From Camelus ferus (taxonomy: Eukaryota), in assembly GCF_009834535.1 (NCBI RefSeq), contig NC_045697.1, positions 107,386,001 through 107,450,000 on the forward strand: a stretch of 64,000 bases of DNA. Direction: 5' to 3'. The notes below the pieces were generated by a model that did no database searches, was not told where the DNA came from, and worked only from the letters and a program-made list of their open reading frames with translations. The position numbers were made by a program, and so were the translations under genes. Below are positions 23,611 through 35,430 of the stretch, piece after piece (position 1 is the first letter of the stretch; every line of letters starts with the position of its first letter).

Positions 23611-25256
23611 AATAATTAAAGCATATGTTTTTGTTAAATGATGTTATTTTTAATTTTTTTGAAAAAAACACTTTTTGAACACTTTTCTGATCAATATAGC
23701 TATCTACTCTTCTGTTTACCAGCTAGTCTGGTTGGCATTTGGACCATGCATATGTAATCTTTGATTCAGCCACAAATTTTATTAGTTTTTTGGACCCAAA
23801 GAGGTAACTCTTGAGAGCAGGTCTGTCTTTGCTCACTCAGACCATTAGGAATCCATAAAGCAAAACTACTTAACTGCTTTTTTTTTTCCCAGAAAAATCC
23901 AAAGCACATAAACCGCTAATTTGTTAAAATATATCACAAATAATCTAAGACTAAACACGACAAACGGGTATAAACTCTTGCTCTACCCGCTCAGCAGCCG
24001 CTTTCTTGCAGGGAGTGAACGGAGAGAAGGCTGAGCAAAGTTCACGCAGCATCTGGGAAGGGGAACCAACCCAGTTCCTGAATTCCGTTCTGCCTAATAC
24101 AACAGCCCCTTCATCCTACACTCCCTTCTGGCACTTCCCCCAACTGCTCACAGACTACAGACAGGACCAGATTTCCAACCTTAACAGAGCTTTTTTGCTC
24201 CTTTGTCAAGAAAGAGTTACTCTGATTCCTTTGTAGTAAATTGAGTTCTCACGCAGGTCTTGGTCTTTTTTTTTTTTTTTTTTAAATCACCGAAAATTCT
24301 TCAGGGTTCCTACATGTGAACTATTTGAATTGAAAATTTGGCTGGAAGAGTTTTTTGGACAAAAGCAGGAGCAACCAGATACCCTTTCTACTCCACCTCC
24401 ACACCCTAAAAAACCCTCTGTTTTGTCGATGGCAGGTTGTCTACTGTGATCTCGTTATGCTGGGTTCCCAGGGTGCCAGCTAGAAAAAGTACAGGTACTA
24501 TGTTTACATAGACTTCATGTCTATTTACAAAATCTCTTTGTGGGAGCTTGCAAAGTTCTTTTTTTTCTTTTTTCCTTTTTTTCATGGCTGCACCTGTCGA
24601 TCCAACTGTAACCATCAGCCAATGAGCACTACTGTCTGAGGCCTGTTTCTGATGGGGGAAGTGGGAGGGGTACCCATCAAACTGGTTTGACTGCCTGAAG
24701 ATGGCTGATTGCCCTAGTTTTAGCAAAAAACAGAACATACGAAATAACCTCAATCTTTGGATTTCCCAATGTGGAAATTGAATTTGGGGGGCTGTGAAAA
24801 CCAGTAATACTCTTTTCACTTTTTTAACTATTTAAGAACTGCCATGTAGATAGAGCTCTAGACAGCAGCACTGTTCATACAAACAGCACAGACTCTATTG
24901 TACTCCCTTGGATTGAAAGAGTTAGGTCCCCATGTACCAGACCAGCTGCTAGGCCACTTTGACAATGAAGAAAATGAGTCTCCTGGGTTAAATGAAAGGT
25001 ACTGAATCTGGGGGCCCCTGAATACAGTCAATTTAAGTGCTGGCATGTAGCTCCCTGATTTAGTAGAAAACAAAAGGAGTATATGTAAATAGATATTCTG
25101 CCTCTAGTTCCCTAAAGAATTCACTTCAAATACTGAGGAAAAGACAGTTTAATTCTATCTGAGGCCAGTTTCCTACATTCTTATTTAATTCCTGAGGCTC
25201 ATTTACTTCGTCTGTAAAACAGAGCTAATAATATCTACAAATGGAATTGTTCTAGG

Positions 25257-26130
25257 TGAGACAAGAGGGAAGGGGGCAGGACACAACCATTAAAAGAATG
25301 ATACAGCAATTGAGGATAAGTTAACTGGTTAGAACAAAGATGGTGGAAGATTCGACTTCCAGTAGACCTTGAGCCTCATGGCACACCCACGGGTGCCATG
25401 ACAGTTCCAATGCTAGCCATAAAAGGCCAAAAAGTGGGCAGGGGACCAATTCCTGGAAATCCCTGCCCCTTCCCCAACATAGCTGGAATAATCCTCCCAT
25501 TTGTGAGCATATGAAGTTACCGAGCCCATAAAAACTACCCACCCCCCACACCTCATGCCCGATCTCACTTCCCAAGAAAACCTCATGCCAAGGGACCACC
25601 TCTTGCCTGCTGCCTCTTTCTCTCTTGCCTTTTCAGACGGCCTGCACTCTGACTTATCTCCATGAATAAACTCGCTTTCACCTTACCATGGCTCGTTCTT
25701 GAATTCTTTGCTGCACAAAGCCAAGAACCCTCACTTGATGAGGCATGTCCCAGGGACTCATCTGGTGAAGTAGAGAATAACCTTTGTTTTGTTGGAGGTT
25801 TACAGGGACACCATGACCTAGCCCACGGGGATGGCTGCAAGAACAAAGAATGCCTGCAGCAAGAAGATTACAACAATCAACCACACCCCCTCCCTTATTT
25901 TCCCTCCCCCTCCCTTATTTTTTGTATAAAAGGAGCCTGTATTCTGACTAGAGCAGGATGGTTCTCCAAGACATTAGTCTGCCATCCTCCGGGTCTGCCG
26001 GCTTTCCAAATAAAGTCGCTATTCCTTGCCCCGACACCTTGTCTCCCGATTTATTGGCCTGTCGTGCGGCGAGCAGAGTGACTGGGACCTGGGACATGGC
26101 CATCCTCTAGCTCCCCATTTTCCTGCAACA
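25257..26130 (+). mobile_element. ERV1 solo LTR, MER41-like (copy 1), interrupted by a nested LTR
   Basis: TGAGAC...GCAACA termini; MER41-type motifs ccatgacagtt, ggaataatcctccc, aataaactcgctttcac...gaattcttt...ccaagaaccctc; colinear with the copy at 34733-35385. Confidence 0.8.
25766..26081 (+). mobile_element. Second ERV1-type LTR nested inside the MER41-like LTR
   Basis: Absent from the paralogous LTR at 34733; starts TG; TATA (gtataaaagg) and AATAAA present; CTGG on both sides (25762-25765 and 26082-26085). Confidence 0.72.
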
Positions 26131-27454
26131 TTAAGGACCAAGTGAAAAAGGATTCCTGCTAGAATAATAGTAATCACTTTTAAAAGAAAGTTTTAATATT
26201 TATAATGAAGAAATAATCAGAAAACCAATTTTTCTTTTAGAAGTCCACAAACTTTATAACTTAAGTTTTTTTCTTAACTACCAGAGCGTTGGTAATAAAC
26301 ACCCTCATCCTTAGAAAGATATGAATGATTCTTATCTTCAAGGTCACTTTTAATTGCCCTTCCTTTTCACATACACAGAATGCTTCTTTATGCTCCTTAT
26401 CAACCTTTACCTTTTTCTGCTTTGAGTTTTAATTACTTGTTTACCAAGCTCTCCTCCACAAGATGTAACATTGTGCGAATCTTTTCCCCCTTACAACACC
26501 TGGAATGGTGTCTTGGATGTAGTACATTTTCCATAAAAGTTTGTTTTGAAATGAAAAAAGTTGAAAATAGAATCTGTTGTAGGACCTGTTTCCCATTGAC
26601 AGCCATATTCTGATTGGAGCCCTTGTCTGTTCTCTGTCAACAGAAAATGGACCAGAGAGGGGAGTACAGCTACCATCAGAATGAGTTGGAGAGGAAAGTT
26701 TCAAGAAAGAAGGAAGATTAAATTGTTGAATGCAGACAGGTAGGGAAGGAAGAGGGCTGATCAAAGCCCTTTGGTTTTCCTGGTGGTTAGCTGAGACCAT
26801 CAATAGAACTAGAACTATCTTAGTTAAGTGATAAGGAAATGCCAGATTACTGTAGCCTTGATACTGAGCGGGTAGTGATAAATGGCTGGAAGATGGTATA
26901 GACCCTCCCTATTTCTGCTTAAAGGCTGAACTCCAGTCCAGCCCAACACCTTCTAGACACAAGGCTATGCTCCAGGCAAGCCAGCCACATCACAGCTTCC
27001 TCTTTGTATACAGTGACTTCCCGTTTGCAGGATTTTGTTCTTGGTCTTTCCATATGACCTGAGGGTCCAATGTCAAGTACAAGAGGTCTTTTCCCTATTG
27101 CTCCAGCTTAATATGTTCTGTTTTGCCCTGAAGCTGGTAACATATAAGCTTTCTGATGGCACTTAACACATTCAGCCTAGTGGTACAGGTAGGTAAATGT
27201 ATGATGCCCCTTATTAGTCTGTAAGGGATAAACAAACTTTAATAAATACTAAAAGTTCTTTTCATACTAAGATACTACCTATTCATACTAGATACTACCT
27301 AATGGATAGCAGTTATATAGATCCAGAAAGGGAATTTTAAGTCAGAAAACTTAAATCAAGAGACTTCAGAGTTTCAATTTAATCCAACAAACATGAATTG
27401 AATGCCTTTTATGTGCAAAACATTGTGCCCTCAAAAAGTTTAAGATCTAATGCA

Positions 27455-27962
27455 TTAATCAGCACACTTTTAATAAAGTCAATAAAAACCTTAGACTTTG
27501 AAGATCATTTGATCTCTGTCTCAAAAACTCAACTCTGCCATCATAGTGAGAAAACAGCCATAGATGCTACCTAAACCAGTGAGAGTGACTGTGTTCCAAC
27601 AAAACTTTATTCATGAACACTGAAATTTGAATTTCATATAATTTTCAAGTCATGATACATTATACTTCTTTTGATTTTTTACTTTTTTAAAAAACTTTAA
27701 AATAAATTTTTGTTGTTGTTTTTGGAAAGGGGCAGGAAAGTAATTAGGTGTGTTAGTTTGTTTGTTTATTTAATGGAGGCACCAGGGACTGAACCCAGGA
27801 CCTCATGCATGCTAGGCATGTACTCTTCCACTGAGCTGTACCCTCCCGCCTTTAAGTTTTTTTAATGATCTAAAAATATAAAAACTATTTTTAGCTTGTA
27901 GGCCATAATAAAACAGGTGGCAGACCAGATTTGGCCTGTGGCCCATAGTTTGCTGAACCCTG
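27455..27962. mobile_element. MER58B-like hAT MITE containing a SINE
   Basis: actcaactctgccatcatagtgagaaaacagccataga...ccagatttggcctgtggcccatagtttgctgaaccctg. Confidence 0.8.
27707..27850 (-). mobile_element. tRNA-derived SINE (Vic-1-like)
   Basis: gtaattagg...tgaacccaggacctcatgcatgctaggcatg...ctgagctgtaccctccc. Confidence 0.85.
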
Positions 27963-28002
27963 ATCCAGTGAATAGCCACTCAGTGAATGGTTCACTCAGA
28001 AG

Positions 28003-30689
28003 TGAAACCGAGTCCCCCTAATACTGAGTTTCTCTGCTGAGTTTATGATTAACCTCTCTATCCAAAAATTTATTCCCTTTCTTGTCCCACATCTGTTACC
28101 CTCAGAACTGAAGAGTATCAAAGAAAAAGGGGGATTGAAATCAAGTAGGACATTGCAGGGCCCCCCTGGTACAAAAGCCCCTCCATGCCACCTGTTTCTA
28201 GTTTGTATAAAAAGGCTTTTGTCTCCTAGGCCTTCCCTGAGTTCCAAAGAGCAGATTCAAGCAGATACTAATTAGGGAAGTGAGGGAATGCAGAAACAAA
28301 GGAAAAGATTAACATACAGTAATCAGTTGCATTTCTTTACACTAACAATGAATTAGCAGGAAAAGAAAGTAAAGAAACAATCCCTTTTAAAATCACTTCC
28401 AAAACAATAAAATATGGAGGAATAAATCTGACCAAGGAGGTGAAAGACTTATACATGAAGTACTACAAAACATTGATTAAGGAAATTAAAGATGACTTAA
28501 AGAAATGGAAAGAGATTCCATGCTCTTGGATTGTAAGAATTAATATTGTTAAAATGGCAATACTGCCCAATGCAATCTACTGATTTAATGTGATCCCTAT
28601 CAAATTACCTAGGACATTTTTCACAGAACTAGAACTAATAATCCTAAAATTTATATGGAATCACCAAAGACCCTAGAATTGCCAAAGCAATATTTAAAAT
28701 AAAGAACAAAGCTGGGGGAATAATCCTCCCAGACTTCAGAGCTACAGTAATCAAAACAGGGGTATTGGCACAAAAAACAGGCACATGGATTAATGGAACA
28801 GAACCCAAAAATAAACCCACAGACCAATGGTCAATTGATCTTCAACAAAGGAGGCAAGAATGTACAATGGAGAAAAGACAGTCTCTTTAGCAAATGGTGT
28901 TGGGAAAACTGGACAGCCACACAAAAATCAATGAAGGTGGAACACTCCTTCACACCATACACAAAAATAAACTCAAAATGGCTTAAAGACTTAAATATGA
29001 GACAGGACACGATAAACCTCCTAGAAGAAAACATAAGCAAAACACTATCTGACATAAATCTTAGCAATGTTCTCCTAGGGCAGTCTACCCAGGCAATAGA
29101 AATAAAAGCAAAATAAATGGGCCCTAATTAAACTTACAAGCTTTTGCACAGGAAAGGAAACCATAAGCAAAACAAAACGACAACCTGCAGAATAGGAGAA
29201 AATATTTGCAAATGATGTGACTGACAAAGGTTTAATTTCCAGAATATATAAATAGCTCATACAACTTAATAACAACAAAACCAGAAAAATACAACTCAAT
29301 CCAAAAATGGGCAGAAGACCTAAACAAGCAATTATCCAGTGAAGACATACAAATAGCAAACAGGCACATGAAAAAATGCTCAATATCACTAATTATCAGA
29401 GAAATGCAAATCAAAGCTACAATGAGGTATCACCTCACACTAGTCAAAATGTCCATCATTCAAAAGTCCACAAACAATTAATGCTGTAGAAGCTATGGAG
29501 AAAAGGGAACTCTCCTACATTGCTGGTGGGAATGTAGTTTGGTGTGGCCATTACAGAAAACAGCATGGAGATTCCTCAAAAAGCTAAAAATAGTCTTACC
29601 ATATGATCCAGCAATCCCATTCCTGGGCATATATCCAGAGGGAACTCTAATTTGAAAAGATACATGCACCCCAATGTTCAAAGCAGCACTATTTACAATA
29701 TCCAAGACATGGAAACAACTTAAATGTCCATTGACAGATGACTGGATAAAGAAATTGTGGTATATTTATACAATGGAATACTACTCAGCCAGAATAAAGA
29801 ATAAAATAATGCCATTTGTAGCAACATGGATGGGCCTGGAGAAGACTGTCATTCTAAATGAAGTAAGCCAGAAAGAGAAAGAAAAATACCCTATGATACC
29901 ACTCGTACGTGCAATCTGAAAAGAAAAAAAAAAAGGAAAGAAAGAAAAAACAGAACACTTTTGAACTCATCCATGAAACAGAAAGACTCGCAAACATAGT
30001 AAACAATTTTATGGTTACCAGGGAAAAAGGGGTGAGAAGGGATAAATTTGGGAGTTTAAGATTTACAAATGTTAACTATTATATATAAAAATATATTTTA
30101 AAAAATTTCTTCTGTATAGCACAGGGAACTATATTCAATATCTGGTAATAACCTTTAATGAAAAAGAATATATGTATATATTTATGCATGACTGGGACAT
30201 TATGCTGTACACCAGAAACTGACACATTATAACTGACTATACTTCAATTTAAAAAAAAAAGTAAAAAAAAGAAACGATAGTTCAGTGATAAAACAGAGTC
30301 CTAGTTCCTCCTAAAGGGACATATATATATCTGATACATATCTTTGAGTTCTGCAGGAGCTAAGGCCCCCTACCCTGGTGGAGGATGGTAACTATATGCT
30401 GAAACCCCAGAATGGTTGGAAACAAAAGGTTGATGATTGAGATTCCAGGAACACTACCCTGTTACCTCACCATCAACTAATCAGAAGAAAATCATGCACC
30501 CTGCAGCCCTCACTCCATATGTTGCCTTTATAAACCCTTCCCTGAAAACCATCATGGAGTTCAAGTCTTTTGAGCACAAGTCTCCAGTTCTCCTTGCTTG
30601 GCCCTGCAATAAACCTTTCTTTGCTCCAAACCCCAACATAACTGTTTGGCCCCACTGTGCATAGGCACACGGACTTGGGCTCAACAACA
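28003..30689 (+). mobile_element. ERV1 solo LTR split by an L1 (LTR parts 28003-~28305 and ~30271-30689)
   Basis: TG...CA termini with a perfect 4-bp TSD GAAG (27999-28002 and 30690-30693); TATA tttataaa ~30527, AATAAA ~30608. Confidence 0.82.
28306..30270 (+). mobile_element. 5'-truncated L1 (~2 kb; disrupted ORF2 3' half, 3'UTR, polyA)
   Basis: ORFs at 28793 (GQLIFNKGGKNVQWRKDSLFSKWCWENW) and 29674 ([11 protein letters not shown]...MPFVATWM) are L1 ORF2 pieces in shifted frames. Confidence 0.95.
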
Positions 30690-31375
30690 GAAGCACTTTG
30701 AAATTCTATTCTTAATACCAAAATAATCTATCATTTTGCTGCCATTTTGACAGGATTTGTGATTGACTAATGCTATAGAAGGGAGTTTCATCCACTTATG
30801 TACCAATTATTTACTCAGTGCCCACCTCATTCAAAGCACAGGAACTGAGGATACAGCTGTGAAGAGGTCAGTAAAGATGACTGTTCTTATGGAAAAAAAT
30901 CATTATTTTACAACTACCAGTGTAAAATGGTTCAAGAATTATGAAAGGATGCTAAAACCAATGGGTGAAAGGTTGTTGAAGAATTAAATATTCACATGTT
31001 CTCAAAATACCAATATTAACTATCAAGGGGTAAAGGTATTTTTACAAGGAAGCAATCTGATAAAACCCATCTTAACCAAGTGATCTAACTTTGCATCACC
31101 AACAATAGCACAAAGTAACGTTAGGTGTCTCCTGGTCTGATGTAATACATCATCACCTATGTCAGTATTCTTGCCACAGATAGGTTGTAGAAGATTCTAC
31201 AAGACAAGGGGCTGGATTCTTAAAAAAATATTAAGGTCATGAAAGACTAAAAAAAAGGCAGGAGGACACTTTTGTACATACAAGTACACTTTACAAGACT
31301 TAATCAAATGCAATGGATGATCCTTAATTGGATCCTCAACAGGGAAAAAGCCATAAGCAACAACTGGAACATAAT

Positions 31376-32325
31376 AAAATCTACTTATGCCCAACCCACA
31401 GCCAACATCATACTAAAGGGTGCAAAGCTAAAGCCTTTCCATTAAATTCAGAAACAAGACAAGGACAACCACTCTCACCACTTCTATTTAACAGAGTATT
31501 GGAAAAACAATGAGACATCACTTCACACCTGTCAGAATGACTATCATCAAAAAGTCTACAAATAACAAATGTTGGAGAGGATGTGAAGAAAAGTGAACCC
31601 TTGTACACTATTGGTGGGAATGTAAATTGGTACAGCCACTATGGAAAACAGTATGAAGGTCCCTCAAAAAGCTAAAAATAGAACTACCACATGATCCAGC
31701 AATTCCACTCGTGGGTGTATATCCAAAGAAAACAAAAACAATAATTTGAAAAGATGCATGCACCCTAATATTCATAGAAGCACTGTTTACAATAGCCAAG
31801 ACATGGAAGCAATCCAAGTGCCCATGAATAGATGAATGGATAAAAATGTGGTGTGTATATATATATATACACACACACAATGGAATATTACTCATCCATA
31901 AAAAAGAATGAAATTCTGCCAATAGCAGCAACATGGATGGACCTAGACAATATTATGCTTAGTGAAATAAGTCAGACAGAGAAAGACAAATACTTACTGA
32001 TATCACTTATATGTGGAACCTAAAAAATAATACAAAAGAATGTATATCCAAAGCAGAAACAGACTCATAGGTTTAGAAAACAAACACGGTTAACAAAGGG
32101 GAGAGGGAAGTGGGGAGGGATAAACTAGGGACATGGGATTAACAAAAACAAACTATCATGTACAAAATAGATAAGCAACAAGGACATCCTGTATAGTACA
32201 AGAAATTATAGCCATTAACTTATGATAACTCATAATGGAGTAAAATCTGCAAAAATACTGAATCACTATGCTGTACACCTGAAATGAATATAATATTATA
32301 ATTCAACTATATTTCAATGTTAAAA
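31376..32325 (+). mobile_element. L1 with internal deletion, nested in an older L1MC/ME 3' region (~30960-32660)
   Basis: RT-region piece (KAFPLNSETRQGQPLSPLLFNRVLE) fused directly to the C-terminal region (aaacaatgagacatcacttcacacc) and 3'UTR. Confidence 0.85.
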
Positions 32326-34479
32326 TAGAAATAATTGGGGAAAATTTAGACCATATATTAATAGTATTATAGCTATGTTAAATATTTTAGAGCGACAATG
32401 GTATTGCTGTTACACAGGAAAGATTTCTTGTTCTTAGGAGATTCAGGGTGAATTACTTAGTGGTGAAGTATGATATCTGCAACTTTCAAATGGTTCAGAA
32501 AAATAGGAGTATACATACGCACATAAAGAGAGAAGTAAGGCAAGTGTGATAAAATGTTAATAATCGAAAATTGGGTAAAGTGTATATAGGTGTTCACTGT
32601 ACTATTCTTTTAACTTCTCTTTAGGTTTGAAATTTTTAAAAATAAAAAGTTGGGAAATTTTTTTGAATAAAGAGAGCTAAAACAAACAAACAAAATCTCT
32701 GTTTCATGAAATTTATATTCTAACAATAAGTAATATATAACCATTTACAGATTGTAAGTAAATTCAATGAAGAAAATCAATATTTTGTGATATGACAAAG
32801 AGTAGTCGGGTAAGATGGGAGGGCTATTTTGGAGACTGTTTCAGAAAAAATTTCTCTGCAGAGGTATCATTTCAGTTGAGACCCCCAAGATGAGCCAGCT
32901 GTGTTAAATGCCAGCAGAAAAAGCACTCCAGGATCCTAGGTTAAGTAAACATCAACTGCAAAGGCAAATGTGTCAGGAAATAAATTGGAGAGGTGCAGGC
33001 AAGAGCCAGATTACACAAAGCTATTGGCCATTGTTAAGGGTTTGGATTTTATTTAAATATCTACACAACTTTAATGAGTTGTACACTTTAAAAAGTGAAT
33101 TTTATGATATGTGGATTATATCCTAATAAAAAAATTATTTAATTAAAATAAAAATAAATTCGATGACGATCCAGTGAAAGTTTTAAGCAGACACATGACA
33201 TGACCCAGTTTACTTTTAAAAAAAGTTCACTCTGGCTGACAGCAGCTTTCTTAAGTCACGTATCCTTACTGCCTTGTATTAAGGTCACAAATGTGTCTGA
33301 TCACCCTAATAATCTCTAAGTACTGGAGTCATGAGATTAATGTTCAATTTATCTTTATATTCTTCAGAGCGTCACGTTACTCATGTTTTATGTTCAGAAA
33401 ATATTTGCTAAATGAAATGATTAACAAAGGAAAAAATATCTCAATGATAACTCTAAATTCTTTATGTTTTACATAATTTATACTTTTGGAATCAAGGAAT
33501 CAGTGACCAAATATATATTCAATATGGCTTATAATCAGTTTCAAATATTATTGACATAAACACCCCAAGATAGTTCCATCCAATTATGGCATTGTTTATA
33601 ATATCTAATTTTATTTTTCTGTATTTTGCTGCATTTTTCAAGTTTCCTACAAATGAACTTGTGACACTTTTATAATCAGAACAAGTGGCTCTTTTAAGCC
33701 CTTGAAATGTTCATCTCTTCTAGACTATAAATAGAAGTGAGTAAAAACCATTAAGATCATTAATTTGAACAACCAATTATATGTAATCCAGAATGACTCT
33801 TGCCCAAATTTCAGTCTCTGCAGCACTCTTCCCCACTCAGCTGAGGCCACTCATTCATTTGTTTATTCATCAGTAAAATATTATCAGGCCAGCGTTGATA
33901 GTCACACAACTCCAGGGGGCCCATTCACATAGAGAACAGTGGGCTGAACGTTCTGAGTTGCAGGACACCTAGACACTAAGCAGGTACTGGTCCAGGCAGT
34001 TTGTGAGCCCTGGAGGTAAAAGAGAAAACAAGGCAGATCTCACATTGTGTTACAATTACATGTTTAGTTATCTGTCTCCCCCAGTGTGATGTAAACCCTG
34101 TGAGGCAGACAGTAAGTCGGATTTCTGCAGAGGTGATCAATAAGGCATTTACCAAGCAGAGAAGGGATAGAGTCAAGGAAAAGGATTCCCATCATAAAAA
34201 ACAAACAGTAAGTGGGAAGGCAGGAGAGGACTGTGTTTCACAAGTCCTGTTTGGCTGGGAAACAGAGCAGGAGTAAGGAAGTAGAGAGAGACCCGTCCTG
34301 GACAGATTTATGAGTCACCAGAAAGAATTTAGACTTAATCTTAAAGGCCAGGAGAACCAATGAAGAGTTTTAAGGAAAGGAATGGCTTTATCAGATTTGT
34401 GCGTTCCCAAACCAGACACTGGATTAGAGGCAGCATCTGACTGAAGACAGGGAAACTTGTTTAGAAGACATAGCTGCAA

Positions 34480-35430
34480 GCCAGGAGTTCATTATTTGGG
34501 ATCTATAGTGGATTGAAGTTGGATAGGAAAAAAATGTTTATTTTTGCTGAAAACTAATTGAAATTTAGGGATTCCTCCAGTTATAAATGTAGGCAAGAAA
34601 CCATAGTATGATTAACAATGTCTGTTACTTTACAAACAATAGAAATCAGATATTTTCACAATACATTCCAGTTACTGCAGGTATCTCAAAACATTATTTG
34701 CCCTCATTGCTACTGTGAAATTACAGTTATTATGAGACAGGAAAAAAGAGGGCAGGGCACAAACATTCAAGAAATAACCCAGCAGTTAACACCAAGGTTG
34801 CCGAAAATTCAACTCGCAACAGGCCTTGAGGCCCAAGATGGCAGGAGATTTGACTTCCAGTAGACTTGGAGCTTTATTATACACTCGTGACATATTAACA
34901 TGGAAAATGGCACTCCCACAGGCACCATGACAGTTCTGAGGCTGACCATAAAAGGTGAAAAAGTGGGTGGTGGCCCAGTTCCTGGGAATCCCAGCCCCTT
35001 CCCCAAAGTAGTTGGAATAATCCTCCTGCTTATTAGCATACGAAGTTACCAAGCCCATAAAAACTAACAAACCCCACACCTTGTGGCTGCTCTCCTTTCT
35101 GAATGAGATGGGCCACATTCTGTCTAAAGTGTGTATCTACTTTTACTTTAAACTGAGCGCCAAACCCCACACCTCATGGCCTTTCTCTTGCCTTCTGAGA
35201 CAGCCTGCGCTCTATGGAGTGTGTATCCCTCTGAATAAATCTACCTTTACTCAACTGTGGCCTGCTGCTGAATTCTTTCCTGCACCAAGCCAAGGACCCA
35301 CACTTGGTGGGGCACATCCAAGGGATCCCAGCTGAGACCTGGGACACAGTCATCTTCTTTTCCCACATTCATTTTTCCCGTATCAATTACACCCAGTGCT
35401 AGATCTTATTATTAATGGATTAATAACAAA
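34480..35430. mobile_element. hAT-Charlie (Charlie4a-like) relic interrupted by an LTR
   Basis: aatgtaggcaagaaaccatagt...aatagaaatcagatattttcac...gctagatcttatt continues across the LTR insertion. Confidence 0.55.
34733..35385 (+). mobile_element. ERV1 solo LTR, MER41-like (copy 2)
   Basis: TGAGACAG...GTATCA with a perfect TSD ATTA (34729-34732 and 35386-35389); internal ~93-bp duplication starting aaaccccacacct; AATAAA ~35234. Confidence 0.85.

Noticed and set aside
28306..30270. L1 ORF2 pieces as an active reverse transcriptase gene
   Set aside because: 5'-truncated, frameshifted and containing stops; the same applies to the other L1-derived ORFs and their antisense shadows.
25257..35385. 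The two MER41-like LTRs as the ends of one ~10-kb provirus
   Set aside because: Copy 2 has its own ATTA TSD on both sides, the copies differ by large indels, and the interval has no gag/pol/env remnants but does contain older MER58, L1 and L2 relics.
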